Shown here: piece by piece, positions 1 to 9,127 of the stretch | How the letters are laid out: every line of letters starts with the position of its first letter | Position numbering within the stretch: the stretch's first letter is position 1 | From: a virus | Reading direction: 5' to 3' (one strand) | Virus record (IMG/VR): IMGVR_UViG_3300015371_000007 | Coordinates: 30,547-94,546 of that record | Length of the DNA stretch: 64,000 nucleotides | Translations under genes and position numbers: made by a program | The notes under the pieces: generated by a model | What the model was told of the DNA's origin: nothing | Seen by the model: only the letters and a program-made list of their open reading frames with translations | Databases searched by the model: none

Positions 1-201
1 GGAGCGGACGGTGGTGGCGGCGGGGGTCGGCGACATCGAGGCGTTCATCGCGGGCGTGGGCGCGCCGTTTGTCACCGACGGCGTGTGGCGCGGGGCCAAG
101 CCGCTGGCGGAGGCGATGCGCTGGGTGAGTGATGCCGAGCACGCGCTGCTGGTCGCGCGCGGGCGACGGGCGATCGCGGAGCGCACGTGCAAGAGGAACC
201 G

Positions 202-411
202 ATGACGCCGGACGCCCTGACGTTTGTCGTGTCGGGCGACGACCGCGAGCGGGTGGCGTGGTGGGCGGCGCGGCACACGTGCCGAGCGGAACCGGATTTC
301 GCGGGCGGGCGGCTGACGTATGCGTTCACGCCGAGTGGCATTGGGCCGTCGGTGCGGGTGCAGTGTGCGTGTGGGGCCGCGCTGGATCTGACGCGGGTGG
401 ACACGTGGTGA
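202..411 (+). CDS. small hypothetical phage protein
   Basis: ATG 202 after AAGAGGA; phage-like motif LTYAFTPSGIG..V.C.CG..LDLT..D.W. Confidence 0.6.
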   Translation: MTPDALTFVVSGDDRERVAWWAARHTCRAEPDFAGGRLTYAFTPSGIGPSVRVQCACGAALDLTRVDTW

Positions 412-671
412 CGCCCGCGGCGATGACGCACGAGGAGCTGGACGTCTACATCGCGGCGATCGCGACGGTGTTGCACGCGACGCTGACCGAAGAGGTGAAG
501 GCGTCGCTCACGATCTTCGGCGGCGCGTTCGCGGCGATTCCCCGGATCGAGGACCGCGTCTGGTTTACGCACCGCGTGGTCACGGCGATCCACGACGTCT
601 TAGGCGCGGTCGACGTCGTCGCGTTGATGGAGGTCAAGGTCATCGCGGATGCGCCGGACCGGGTGCAGTGA
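408..671 (+). CDS. hypothetical protein
   Basis: GTG overlaps previous stop (GTGA); protein-like composition in the 3' part of ORF 129..671. Confidence 0.5.
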   Translation: MTPAAMTHEELDVYIAAIATVLHATLTEEVKASLTIFGGAFAAIPRIEDRVWFTHRVVTAIHDVLGAVDVVALMEVKVIADAPDRVQ

Positions 672-745
672 TGCTCGGCTGGCTGGCGGTGGTCTTGTGG
701 ATCGCGCTGCTCCTAATTCTGGCCTATCGCGGGGGGCATAAGTGA
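671..745 (+). CDS. 24-aa single-TM peptide (MLGWLAVVLWIALLLILAYRGGHK)
   Basis: ATG overlaps previous TGA; hydrophobic run; read manually (below ORF-track cut-off). Confidence 0.4.
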   Translation: MLGWLAVVLWIALLLILAYRGGHK

Positions 746-754
746 GGCGCCTAT

Positions 755-955
755 GTGGGGAGAAGCCAGGTCACGGATCGCGTCGTGGCGGCGCTGAGGC
801 TCTATCAGCGGCTCTACGTCGGCGATGAGGCCATCCCGGTGTCGCGCCGCAAAGCGCTGCGACGGCGGCTCGACGAGGTGCTGAAGGCGATGGAGGTCGA
901 CGAGAGCGCGGCCTACTACTACGGCGTGCGAAGTCTCCGGCGCGAGTTGGACTGA
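755..955 (+). CDS. hypothetical protein
   Basis: GAGG upstream; stop overlaps next ATG. Confidence 0.5.
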   Translation: MGRSQVTDRVVAALRLYQRLYVGDEAIPVSRRKALRRRLDEVLKAMEVDESAAYYYGVRSLRRELD

Positions 956-1377
956 TGCCGAAGAAGCAGACCCCCGAGCCGGCGTGGAGCGACACGCCCA
1001 CCCCCGCGCAAGTGCGGATGCTGGCGCAGCAGCGCTTCCTCGCGGAGCGCTCGCGTCCGGCGGAGCCCTTGCCGCTGCCAGGGCAGCGCCTCGCCCCGCC
1101 GACGCCCGATGCGCTGGCGAACACGGCAGAGGCCGAGCAGTACGGCGCCCCCTCGCCGTGGATGGTCGGACGCCCGCGTCCCTCGCGCACGCCGACGATG
1201 GGGCCGTCCAAGCGCACGCCGGCCGCGACGATCTATGACGCGTGGCAGATGGTGAAAGACCAGCCCGTCATGCGGCTGCTCGGCGCCGGCAAGGACCTCA
1301 TGGACTACAGCGACCAGCGGTTGTGGGCGGCGTTTGAGTATCCGGGCGACCAAGTCGCCAAGTGGTTCGGCAAGTGA
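955..1377 (+). CDS. Pro-rich hypothetical protein upstream of terminase
   Basis: TGATG coupling at both ends. Confidence 0.5.
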   Translation: MPKKQTPEPAWSDTPTPAQVRMLAQQRFLAERSRPAEPLPLPGQRLAPPTPDALANTAEAEQYGAPSPWMVGRPRPSRTPTMGPSKRTPAATIYDAWQMVKDQPVMRLLGAGKDLMDYSDQRLWAAFEYPGDQVAKWFGK

Positions 1378-3110
1378 TGACCGATCCGTTCCTCGCTGAT
1401 CTTGTGCGGCGCAACGAAGACCTGCAGGCGGTGCTCGCCGAAGCGCGCGGCTGGAAGATCACGCGCTACTTCCACGACTGCCTCCCCGGCTGCGACCCGA
1501 CGTCGCTCGATCCCGCCGACCACCTCCCGCGCAAACCGGACCAAGGCCCGACCTGTCGCGTGCTCTACCGCAAGGCGGTGCGCTGGCTCCGAGCCGGCGC
1601 GGCGTATCCGGAGCGCGGCTTCATCGCGGCGAACCGCATCGGCAAGACCGACACCGCGGCGTACGAGATCACGTGTCATCTCACGGGCCGCTACCCGGCG
1701 TGGTGGGAAGGCAAGCGCTGGGACCGCCCGACGGATTGGCGCGCGGCCGGCGACACGATGCTCACCACGCGCGACATTCTGCAGAAGGCGCTGCTCGGGC
1801 CGCACGAAGGCGTGCCGGTGAACGAGTGGACCGGGATGATCCCTCCGCGGCTCGTGCTCGACGTCACGCGCAAGAGCGGCGGCATCACCAACTGCATCGA
1901 CACCGTGCACGTGCGCCACGTCTCGGGCGGGGTCTCGCGGTTGTCCTTCCTGTCGTACGACATGGGACGCCGCGTCTTCCAGGGCTTCGACTGCGACGGG
2001 TTCTGGATTGACGAGGAGCCGCCTGACCCCGCCGAGCGCTCCGAGGCGTTGGCCGCGGGCTCGACCGACATCTACGGCGAGTGCCTGCTCCGCACGATGA
2101 CGACCGACGGGATCGTGCTGGCGACGTTCACGCCGCTGCGCGGCTGGACCCCGTTCATGCGCGCCTACTTCGCGGCCGCGCTGATGCCGGGCACCGAAGA
2201 CGACGAGGTCGACGTGCCGGCGACCGCCGCGATGGCCTCGACGCCGGAAGGGCGCGCCGCGGAAGCGGACGAAGAGGGCTTCGCCGTCAAGTCCGACCGC
2301 GTCGCCCAGGTCGCCGAGGTCAATCCCTACGCGAACGTGCGGCCGCGGTTCATCATCGGCGCGACGTGGGATGACGCGCCGCACCTGACCGAGAAGGTCA
2401 AGGCGCAGCAGTGGGCGTCGATGCTGCCCTATCAGCGCGCGGCCCGCACCAAGGGCATTCCCCAGCTCGGGGCCGGCGCGGTCTATCCGATCGACGAGGC
2501 GGATCTGAAGGTCAGCGACTTCGTGATTCCCGACCATTGGTGGCGCGGCTTCGGGATGGACGTGGGCGGCGGCGCCAAAGCGACGGCCGCGGTGTTCTGC
2601 GCGCTCAACCCGGAAGACCGCGTGCTCTACGTGACCAGCGTCTACAAGCGCGCGAGCAATGAGCCGAGTCTCCACGCGGCCGCGATGAAAGAGCGGATGC
2701 TCCGGCCGACCGGCTGGTTGTGGCCGGGCGTCGGCGACGCGGCGGCGCTGATCATGACCGACCACGACGCCGAGCAGCTGGTCTACGTCTATCGGCGCTT
2801 GGGGCTCGACCTGCAGCTGCCCGACAAGGCGGTCGAGACGGGGATCGCGGATCTGTGGGACCTGATGGTCACCGGGCGCTTCAAGGTGCTGGCGTCGTGC
2901 CAGGCGTGGTTCGACGAGTTCCGGATGTACCGCCGCGACAGTCGCGGCCGCGTCGTCAAGAGCAACGACCACTTGATGGACGCCACGCGCTACGTCGCGC
3001 GCACCGGCATCTGGAAGATGAAACGCAAGCCGGCCAAGCCGACCGGCGAGGACAACAAGATTCTGCCGTTCGACCGCAACAGCGTGTCGCTCGGCTGGAT
3101 GGGCGGATGA
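1377..3110 (+). CDS. terL: terminase large subunit
   Basis: Walker A-like FIAANRIGKT, Walker B FQGFDCDGFWIDEEPP, coupling motif LATFTP, RNase H-like nuclease GMDVG...DHLMDATRY. Confidence 0.95.
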   Translation: MTDPFLADLVRRNEDLQAVLAEARGWKITRYFHDCLPGCDPTSLDPADHLPRKPDQGPTCRVLYRKAVRWLRAGAAYPERGFIAANRIGKTDTAAYEITCHLTGRYPAWWEGKRWDRPTDWRAAGDTMLTTRDILQKALLGPHEGVPVNEWTGMIPPRLVLDVTRKSGGITNCIDTVHVRHVSGGVSRLSFLSYDMGRRVFQGFDCDGFWIDEEPPDPAERSEALAAGSTDIYGECLLRTMTTDGIVLATFTPLRGWTPFMRAYFAAALMPGTEDDEVDVPATAAMASTPEGRAAEADEEGFAVKSDRVAQVAEVNPYANVRPRFIIGATWDDAPHLTEKVKAQQWASMLPYQRAARTKGIPQLGAGAVYPIDEADLKVSDFVIPDHWWRGFGMDVGGGAKATAAVFCALNPEDRVLYVTSVYKRASNEPSLHAAAMKERMLRPTGWLWPGVGDAAALIMTDHDAEQLVYVYRRLGLDLQLPDKAVETGIADLWDLMVTGRFKVLASCQAWFDEFRMYRRDSRGRVVKSNDHLMDATRYVARTGIWKMKRKPAKPTGEDNKILPFDRNSVSLGWMGG

Positions 3111-3310
3111 TCGGGCGCTGGACCTGCCCGCAGTGTCTCGGGCGGGGCGACGACTGCTGTCAGTGCCACGGGCGCGGCACGTTGCCGACGGAGGGACGGT
3201 TGATCGCGGCGGTCGCCTACGTCTGGCGCCGCGATGACTGCGCGGCGTGTCGCGCAATCCCGTGGCGCGGCGACAGCCCGATCCGCAAGGTGGAGAGGAT
3301 CTGGCGATGA
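3107..3310 (+). CDS. small Cys-rich (DnaJ-type CxxCxGxG) protein
   Basis: CPQCLGRG..CCQCHGRG; ATGA overlap with terL. Confidence 0.55.
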   Translation: MIGRWTCPQCLGRGDDCCQCHGRGTLPTEGRLIAAVAYVWRRDDCAACRAIPWRGDSPIRKVERIWR

Positions 3311-3462
3311 CGATCACGAAGACGTTCGTGAAGTGGTTCGAGGGCGAGCAGCGCACCTACGGGACGGCGATCGCGCTGAAGAACCTGCTCTGGCTCAAGG
3401 CGGCGGCGGATCTCAAGGCGATCGGCGTGCGCAAGCTGACGACCGTCTATCGGCGGCGGTAA
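3307..3462 (+). CDS. hypothetical protein
   Basis: GGAGAGG RBS, ATGA overlap. Confidence 0.5.
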   Translation: MTITKTFVKWFEGEQRTYGTAIALKNLLWLKAAADLKAIGVRKLTTVYRRR

Positions 3463-3647
3463 TGGCCGCGCGGCCGGTCTGGAAAATCGAGGCCCGCACG
3501 GGCGACCGCGACCCGCACCCGGAGTGGCTGGAGCTGCGCGGCTACGGACGGCGCTATCAGTACGTCGAGCGCGAGGAGGCCGAGAAGATGCTCGCCAAAC
3601 TCCAGCGCACGCAACCCCAGGCGGAGTTCCGGATCGCCCCGCTCTAG
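3462..3647 (+). CDS. hypothetical protein
   Basis: TAATG coupling; MAARPVWKIEAR... Confidence 0.5.
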   Translation: MAARPVWKIEARTGDRDPHPEWLELRGYGRRYQYVEREEAEKMLAKLQRTQPQAEFRIAPL

Positions 3648-3661
3648 GAAAGGACGCCAGC

Positions 3662-3886
3662 ATGGCAGCGGAGATTTTGGTCGGCGAAGCCGCGCGGATT
3701 CTGAACTGCTCGACCAACCACGTGCGGTACCTCGAACGCACCGGCCAGGTGCGGGCCCGCCGGATTGGCAACGTGCGCGTCTTCCTGCGCACCGAAGTGC
3801 AGCGGGTGGCCGACGAACGCTACCGCCGCGCCACCGGGCAACCGCACTGGCGGGGGGAGGACGGATCTCAGGAAGCACCTAGCTGA
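3662..3886 (+). CDS. MerR/excisionase-like helix-turn-helix DNA-binding protein
   Basis: ILVGEAARILNCSTNHVRYLERTG..RVF pattern; AAGGA RBS. Confidence 0.75.
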   Translation: MAAEILVGEAARILNCSTNHVRYLERTGQVRARRIGNVRVFLRTEVQRVADERYRRATGQPHWRGEDGSQEAPS

Positions 3887-3928
3887 TAGTCGTCGACGGC
3901 CCACTACGTCACAAAGAGGAGATTCGGC

Positions 3929-4351
3929 ATGGCTTACGACACGCACGACCTCGCCGCCGTCGGACACGCGGCCAGCGCCTCACGCGCGCGGACCGATGCG
4001 CCCAAAGAGCTGACCGATTTCAGCGTCAAGAAAGGGGACAACGGCGGCGTGCTCGTCTGCGAGAACTACAAGAGCAAGCAGCCCGAAGGCCGACGCAGCG
4101 CCTTCCCGACCACGGGCGACTACAAGGAAAACCCATTCGGCCCCGATGACGGGCCGAAGGCGACCGCCTACATCGGATCGCTCTTGGCGAAGATGACCGG
4201 CGGCGCGATGACCGCGGAGTCGCCCGCCGAAGAAGCCGCCGAGCCGATGGCCCCGCCGATGCGCCGGCCGATCGGTCCGCCGCCCAATCCCGGCGTCGCC
4301 CCCGCGCGACCCGGCGGCATCCAAGGCGTCGGCCCGCGCTCGCTCGCCTGA
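3929..4351 (+). CDS. hypothetical protein
   Basis: AGAGGAG RBS, ATG, strong GC3 bias. Confidence 0.65.
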   Translation: MAYDTHDLAAVGHAASASRARTDAPKELTDFSVKKGDNGGVLVCENYKSKQPEGRRSAFPTTGDYKENPFGPDDGPKATAYIGSLLAKMTGGAMTAESPAEEAAEPMAPPMRRPIGPPPNPGVAPARPGGIQGVGPRSLA

Positions 4352-4390
4352 TTCGCGCCGACAGAAGGGGCTTGCGCACACTGACGCGCG

Positions 4391-4594
4391 ATGGCCCCTT
4401 CTGACGACGACGACGTCGCGCAGGTCCAGGCCGATCTCAACACGATTCGGACCCTCGCCCTGATGATTCGGACCGAGGCGGAGCTGCGCGCGTACCTCGC
4501 CGACGTCCCGGACCCGGCGCTGCGGACCGCCGTCGAGACGCTCCTGCGGCAGTTCACCCTCTTCGAGCCGATCGATGCTGCTGACGCCAGCTGA
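4391..4594 (+). CDS. hypothetical protein
   Basis: ORF with normal codon bias. Confidence 0.5.
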   Translation: MAPSDDDDVAQVQADLNTIRTLALMIRTEAELRAYLADVPDPALRTAVETLLRQFTLFEPIDAADAS

Positions 4595-4847
4595 TCTCGC
4601 GGAGGCCCGCGTCCGCTTCGACCGGTTGCGCGCGGGATCGGTCAGTCGCGTCGACTGGCGCGAGCTGTGCGCCATCACGCTCCTCGCCGAGGGCGACGTC
4701 GTCTGCGGCACCATCGTCGCCAATGGCCTCGACCACTTTCTCCGCGTCGCGAAGGACCAGTACGACGGGCACGCCTTTCGTCGCGATGACCTCGCGGCAA
4801 TCTATGACCGGCTGCGGACCGCGATCTGTCGCCCGGCAGGCGCCTAA
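4575..4847 (+). CDS. hypothetical protein
   Basis: stop abuts portal ATG. Confidence 0.5.
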   Translation: MLLTPADLAEARVRFDRLRAGSVSRVDWRELCAITLLAEGDVVCGTIVANGLDHFLRVAKDQYDGHAFRRDDLAAIYDRLRTAICRPAGA

Positions 4848-7352
4848 ATGCCGAAGCGCCCAATTCAGACCGTCCGTCCGAGCCCGTCGGACGATCTGCC
4901 GCCCGGTGCCGTCGGGGCGACCCTCGCCTCGAACCGCCCCGGCACTCTGACGCAAGCCTCCGCCGAAGAACTGGCGGAAGCCACCGCGCGCACCCAGCAA
5001 GAGAAGGCCGACGCCTTCATCGCCATCGCCCGCAAACGCTGGCGGCAAAGCGCCAGCAGTGAAGCCGAGCTGCGCAAGGACATGCTCGACGACCTGCGGT
5101 TCTACAACGCCGAGCAGTGGCCCGACAACATCCGGCTCGATCGCGTGCTCGACGGGCGTCCGTGTCTGACCATCAACCGGCTCCCGCAGTTCGTCCGACA
5201 GGTCCTCAACCAGGCGCGCCAGCAGCGGCCGGCGATTCAGTACAACCCGATCGACAACGGGGCCGACGTCGACACCGCCGAAGTGCTGCAGGGCATCGCG
5301 CGCAGCATCGAGCGCAACTCCAACGCGCCGATGGCCTACAACACTGCCAACGAGCATCAGGTCATCATGGGCCGCGGGTGGCTCCGCGTCCGCGCCGACT
5401 GGATTGCCCACGATAGCTTCGACCAAGAAATCCTCATCGAGAGTCCCGAGGATCCCTTCATCGTCTATCCCGACGTCGCCGCGGGGAAACCCGATGGCAG
5501 CGACGCGCTGTGGGGCTTCCTCATCGCGCGCGTGCCCTGGTACGAATACAAGGTCAAGTACCCCGGCGCCGCCAAGGCGTCGATGTCGGACTGGACGAGC
5601 ATCGGCGATGAAACCGCCGAGTGGGTCAATGAAAGCGGCGTGCTCGTCGCCGAGTATTACTACATCGACATGGTGCCGGCGGAGCTGGCCGAGTACTACG
5701 TCGACGTCGGCGCGCCGACCCCGCTCAAGATCACCACCTATCGCGACGTCATCCGCCCCGCCGACACCAAGCCCGGTCCGAACGGGGAGCCGCCGCGCGT
5801 CACGATCATCCGCACCCGCGAGACCGTGCGCCGCCAGCTCCGGTGGGCGACGATCAACGGGCTCGAAGTCCTCGAAGGCAACGCCGACAAGACCGCCGGC
5901 CGCGATCTGCCGGGCCCCTTCATCCCGCTGGTGCCGGTCCAAGGCGAGAAGCTCGTCGTCAACGGCAAGCGGAACCTGCGCGGCATGGTCCGCGACGCCA
6001 AGGATCCCCAGCGGACCTACAACTTTTGGGTCAGTGCCGAGACCGAGCTGATTGCGCTGGCGCCGCGCGCGCCGGTCATCGGCGCGGTCGGCCAGTTCGA
6101 GTCGACCAAGGAGCAGTGGCTGCAGGCGAACCGCCGCAACTTCCCCTTCCTCGAATACGACCCGATCGACGTCAACGGCAACCTCGTGCCGGCGCCGCAG
6201 CGCAACGCCTTCGACCCCAACATCAGCCCGATCGTCGCCGCCACCCAGCAGGCCGACATGGACCTCAAGTCCGTGATCGGCATGTTCGACGCGTCGCAGG
6301 AGCGCAGCCGCGAGCAGTCCGGCAAGGCGATCCTCGCCCGCCAGGCGCAAGGCGAACAGGGCACGTCGCATTTCCTCGCCCATCAGGCCTTGTCGATTCA
6401 GCAGGTCGGCCGGATTCTCCTGCACTGGATCCCGGTCTACTACGACCAGCCGCGCGTCATCCGCATCGTCGGCATCGACGACCGCGAGCGCGACGTGCTG
6501 GTGCACGCCGGCAATCCCGACGGGGCCGACCAGGCGCAGCAGCAGCTCAAGGACGACCCGCTCATGCAGGCCGTCTCGTCGGGCGCCATCTACGACGTGG
6601 GCGTCGGCCGCTACGACGTCGGCGTCTCCGTCACGCCGTCGTTCCAGTCGCGCCGCGCGGAGTCAGTCGAGGCGATGACGTCCCTGCTCCAGACGTTCCC
6701 GCTGGCGGCACCCTACGCGCTCGACGTGATCACGAAGAACATGGACTGGCCGGGCGCGCGCGAGCTGTCCGAGCGCTTCAAGCACCTCGTGCCGGCCGAA
6801 GCGCGCGAGCCGGAGGACGGCAGCAAGCCGCTCCCGCCCGAAGTGCAGGCGCAGATGGGGCAGATGCAGCAGCAAATGCAGCTGATGGGGCAGCAGCTCG
6901 AAGAGCAGCAGAAGATCATCGACACCAAGGCGACCGAGCAGGCCGGGCTCGCCAAGATCCGGCAGATGGAGCTGGAGTCCAACGAGCGCCTCGCCAAGAT
7001 GAAGGGCGAGATCGAGATCGCCAAGGTCGAAGAGAAGGCCCGCGCCGAGGCCTCGCTCACCCTCCTCGAAGCCAAGCTCAAGGAACTAGAGAACCAGCAA
7101 CTCTTCCTCCACGAGCGCAAGCTGCAGCTCGAAGCGCCCCAGCCCGGCGAGAAGGCCGCGCCCGAGAAGCGCCAGGTCTCGGAGAGCTTGAACTACAAGG
7201 ACGCGCCGCCGGACGTCCGCCGCCAGATCGAGAAGCAGGCGGGGCTGGTCCCGTCGAAGCACAGCGATCTGGAGGTCAAGAAGCTGAAGGAAGAGGCCAA
7301 GCCGAAGCCGGCCCCGGCCGCAGTGAAGAAGAAACCCGATTTGAAGGCGTAG
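4848..7352 (+). CDS. portal protein (P22 gp1-like)
   Basis: motifs RPCLTINRLPQFVRQV, GRGWLRV, GMVRDAKDPQRTYN, SGKAILARQ, GRYDV; Gln-rich C-terminal coiled coil; position after terL. Confidence 0.92.
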   Translation: MPKRPIQTVRPSPSDDLPPGAVGATLASNRPGTLTQASAEELAEATARTQQEKADAFIAIARKRWRQSASSEAELRKDMLDDLRFYNAEQWPDNIRLDRVLDGRPCLTINRLPQFVRQVLNQARQQRPAIQYNPIDNGADVDTAEVLQGIARSIERNSNAPMAYNTANEHQVIMGRGWLRVRADWIAHDSFDQEILIESPEDPFIVYPDVAAGKPDGSDALWGFLIARVPWYEYKVKYPGAAKASMSDWTSIGDETAEWVNESGVLVAEYYYIDMVPAELAEYYVDVGAPTPLKITTYRDVIRPADTKPGPNGEPPRVTIIRTRETVRRQLRWATINGLEVLEGNADKTAGRDLPGPFIPLVPVQGEKLVVNGKRNLRGMVRDAKDPQRTYNFWVSAETELIALAPRAPVIGAVGQFESTKEQWLQANRRNFPFLEYDPIDVNGNLVPAPQRNAFDPNISPIVAATQQADMDLKSVIGMFDASQERSREQSGKAILARQAQGEQGTSHFLAHQALSIQQVGRILLHWIPVYYDQPRVIRIVGIDDRERDVLVHAGNPDGADQAQQQLKDDPLMQAVSSGAIYDVGVGRYDVGVSVTPSFQSRRAESVEAMTSLLQTFPLAAPYALDVITKNMDWPGARELSERFKHLVPAEAREPEDGSKPLPPEVQAQMGQMQQQMQLMGQQLEEQQKIIDTKATEQAGLAKIRQMELESNERLAKMKGEIEIAKVEEKARAEASLTLLEAKLKELENQQLFLHERKLQLEAPQPGEKAAPEKRQVSESLNYKDAPPDVRRQIEKQAGLVPSKHSDLEVKKLKEEAKPKPAPAAVKKKPDLKA

Positions 7353-7389
7353 CGGAAGGTTTGCATCATCGGACGGGGTACGAACCCGA

Positions 7390-7527
7390 ATGCCGCTGAA
7401 GCACGGAAGTAGTCGCAAGACCATCAGCGCCAATATCCGACGGGAGATTGCGCACGGCAAGCCGCAGAAGCAGGCGGTGGCGATCGCGCTGTCGGAGGCG
7501 CGCCGAACCAAGGGGCGGAAGAAGTAG
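7390..7527 (+). CDS. small basic phage protein (MPLKHGSSRKTISANIRREI..GKPQKQAVAIALSEAR)
   Basis: read manually; recognisable small protein type common in phage head modules. Confidence 0.75.
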   Translation: MPLKHGSSRKTISANIRREIAHGKPQKQAVAIALSEARRTKGRKK

Positions 7528-7534
7528 GTCGGCC

Positions 7535-7657
7535 GTGCGCGGCTGGTGGCTGGTGCTCACGATCGCCGGGACGATCGTGGTCGGCTCCGTCGTGATTGAT
7601 AGCTGGCGCCGGTGGCGCGCGTGGCGCGCCTGGCGACGGCGGATGCGGGAGCGATGA
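7535..7657 (+). CDS. small TM peptide with Arg/Trp-rich tail
   Basis: GTG 7535; WWLVLTIAGTIVVGSVVI hydrophobic run. Confidence 0.4.
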   Translation: MRGWWLVLTIAGTIVVGSVVIDSWRRWRAWRAWRRRMRER

Positions 7658-7707
7658 CGTGACAGCGGAGGACGCCATGACGTAGTGCGCCACGGAGGGC
7701 GCCAGTC

Positions 7708-7857
7708 ATGGCGAAGAAGTTCAAGAAGGCCGAGCGCTTCGACGCGGTCAACAAGGCCGCGATTCACGGGCGCCTCGGCCACACCCGCACGGGGGCGTGC
7801 ACCGCGAAGGGGCGGTGTTACCACGGGCGGACACGACGACCGATCACCTCACGCTAG
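7708..7857 (+). CDS. small basic protein (MAKKFKKAERFDAVNK...)
   Basis: GGAGGG RBS, ATG 7708, TAG 7855-7857. Confidence 0.45.
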   Translation: MAKKFKKAERFDAVNKAAIHGRLGHTRTGACTAKGRCYHGRTRRPITSR

Positions 7858-7918
7858 GGGGCACCCGAAGAGCCGCCGCCCGCGGCCTGCGTGAGGGGAC
7901 ATAGGGCAACGGGGACCA

Positions 7919-7977
7919 GGGCGCCTCGTGAGACCGCGACTCATCTCGCGGATTCACGACGGCGCCCTTTCTTTTTT
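7919..7977 (+). terminator. long GC hairpin plus U-tract, intrinsic terminator/attenuator
   Basis: GGGCGCC-TCGTGA-ga-CCGCGA/loop/TCGCGG-at-TCACGA-c-GGCGCCC then TTTCTTTTTT. Confidence 0.7.
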
Positions 7978-8005
7978 CGCGGGTTCGTCCTGCGCCGTGG
8001 AGCCG

Positions 8006-9058
8006 ATGCCAGACGACACGATCACGCTGATCTCGACCACCGACACGCCGGAGCAGGTCACCGCCGCGCTGACCGGAAAGCCCGTGGAGGCGCCGGCCAC
8101 GCCTCCGCCGGCCGCGCCCGTCGACGAGGCCGCGCCGCCGCCCGCGCCGCCGGCCGAAGAAACGCCCGAAGAGCGCGACACGCGTGAAGCCTCCGAGGCC
8201 GGCAGTCGGCTCGCGAAACGCAAGGCCAAGATTCAGGACGAGATCGATGAGCTGACGCGCAGCAAGCACGCCGTGCGGCGCGACGTCGAAGCCGAGGAAG
8301 CGCGCCTCGCCGCGCTCCGGGCGGAACGCCCCGCGATCGATCCGTCGCACGCGCCCCGCGCCCAGGCGCCGCCCGAGCCCGCGGTCGCCGCGCCGCCGGA
8401 CGAGACCCGGCCCGAACCGAAGCTCGACGCCCTCGACGACAAGGGCGTCGCCAAGTACGCGACGTACGAGGACTACCTCAGCGACCACGCGAAGTGGACG
8501 CGCGAAGAGGCGGTCGCCGCCGCCAAAAAGATTGTCGAGCAAGAAAAACTTGCCGAGCGCGAACGCATCGAACGCGACTCGGCCTCTCGTGTGGTCAACG
8601 AACATCTCGCCACCTACAACACCGACCTCGAGACGTTCAAGAAGACCCACGCCGATTTCGATGCAGCGTTCGACGACGCGAAAGACGCGGTGCAGGAGAC
8701 GTTGATCGGCCTCGGACCCAATGCCTTGAAGATCATCGACGGCTACACCGTCTTTGACGCCGAGGACGGGCCGGCGCTCACCTACTACCTCCTGAAACAC
8801 CCGGACGAACTGAAGGCGATCGCGCTCAAGGCGCCGCACCAGCAGGTCGTCCATCTCGCGCGCCTCGACGAACGTCTCCGCAGCGGGACCGCCAAAGCCA
8901 CCGGCACGTCTCCCGCCGCACCAACACCAACCAGGGCCCCCGAACCTATTAAGCCGGTGGGATCGGGCCCTACGGCCACCACGGTGCCGATCGACGAGGA
9001 GTCCTTTCAGGACTACAAGCTGCGTCGCGAACGCGACCTGCGCGCCCGACGCGCCTAA
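8006..9058 (+). CDS. capsid scaffolding protein (putative)
   Basis: acidic/Pro-rich helical protein between portal and coat; motifs KIQDEIDELT, YEDY, GPALTYYL.KHP, APEPIKPV. Confidence 0.8.
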   Translation: MPDDTITLISTTDTPEQVTAALTGKPVEAPATPPPAAPVDEAAPPPAPPAEETPEERDTREASEAGSRLAKRKAKIQDEIDELTRSKHAVRRDVEAEEARLAALRAERPAIDPSHAPRAQAPPEPAVAAPPDETRPEPKLDALDDKGVAKYATYEDYLSDHAKWTREEAVAAAKKIVEQEKLAERERIERDSASRVVNEHLATYNTDLETFKKTHADFDAAFDDAKDAVQETLIGLGPNALKIIDGYTVFDAEDGPALTYYLLKHPDELKAIALKAPHQQVVHLARLDERLRSGTAKATGTSPAAPTPTRAPEPIKPVGSGPTATTVPIDEESFQDYKLRRERDLRARRA

Positions 9059-9127
9059 GTCCAGAAGTACCGCCATCCGTCTCGCGCAATGCGTGGAGCC
9101 GCCAGCAACTCGCTGATGAGGGCTCCG

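Noticed and set aside
3662-3886. Excisionase as evidence of a prophage boundary
   Set aside because: Generic MerR-type HTH; no integrase or att site recognised in the window.
7870-7881. GAGCCGCCGCCC shared with the intergenic region at 47755-47766
   Set aside because: The same 12-mer also occurs in coding sequence (~24819); expected by chance at this GC content.
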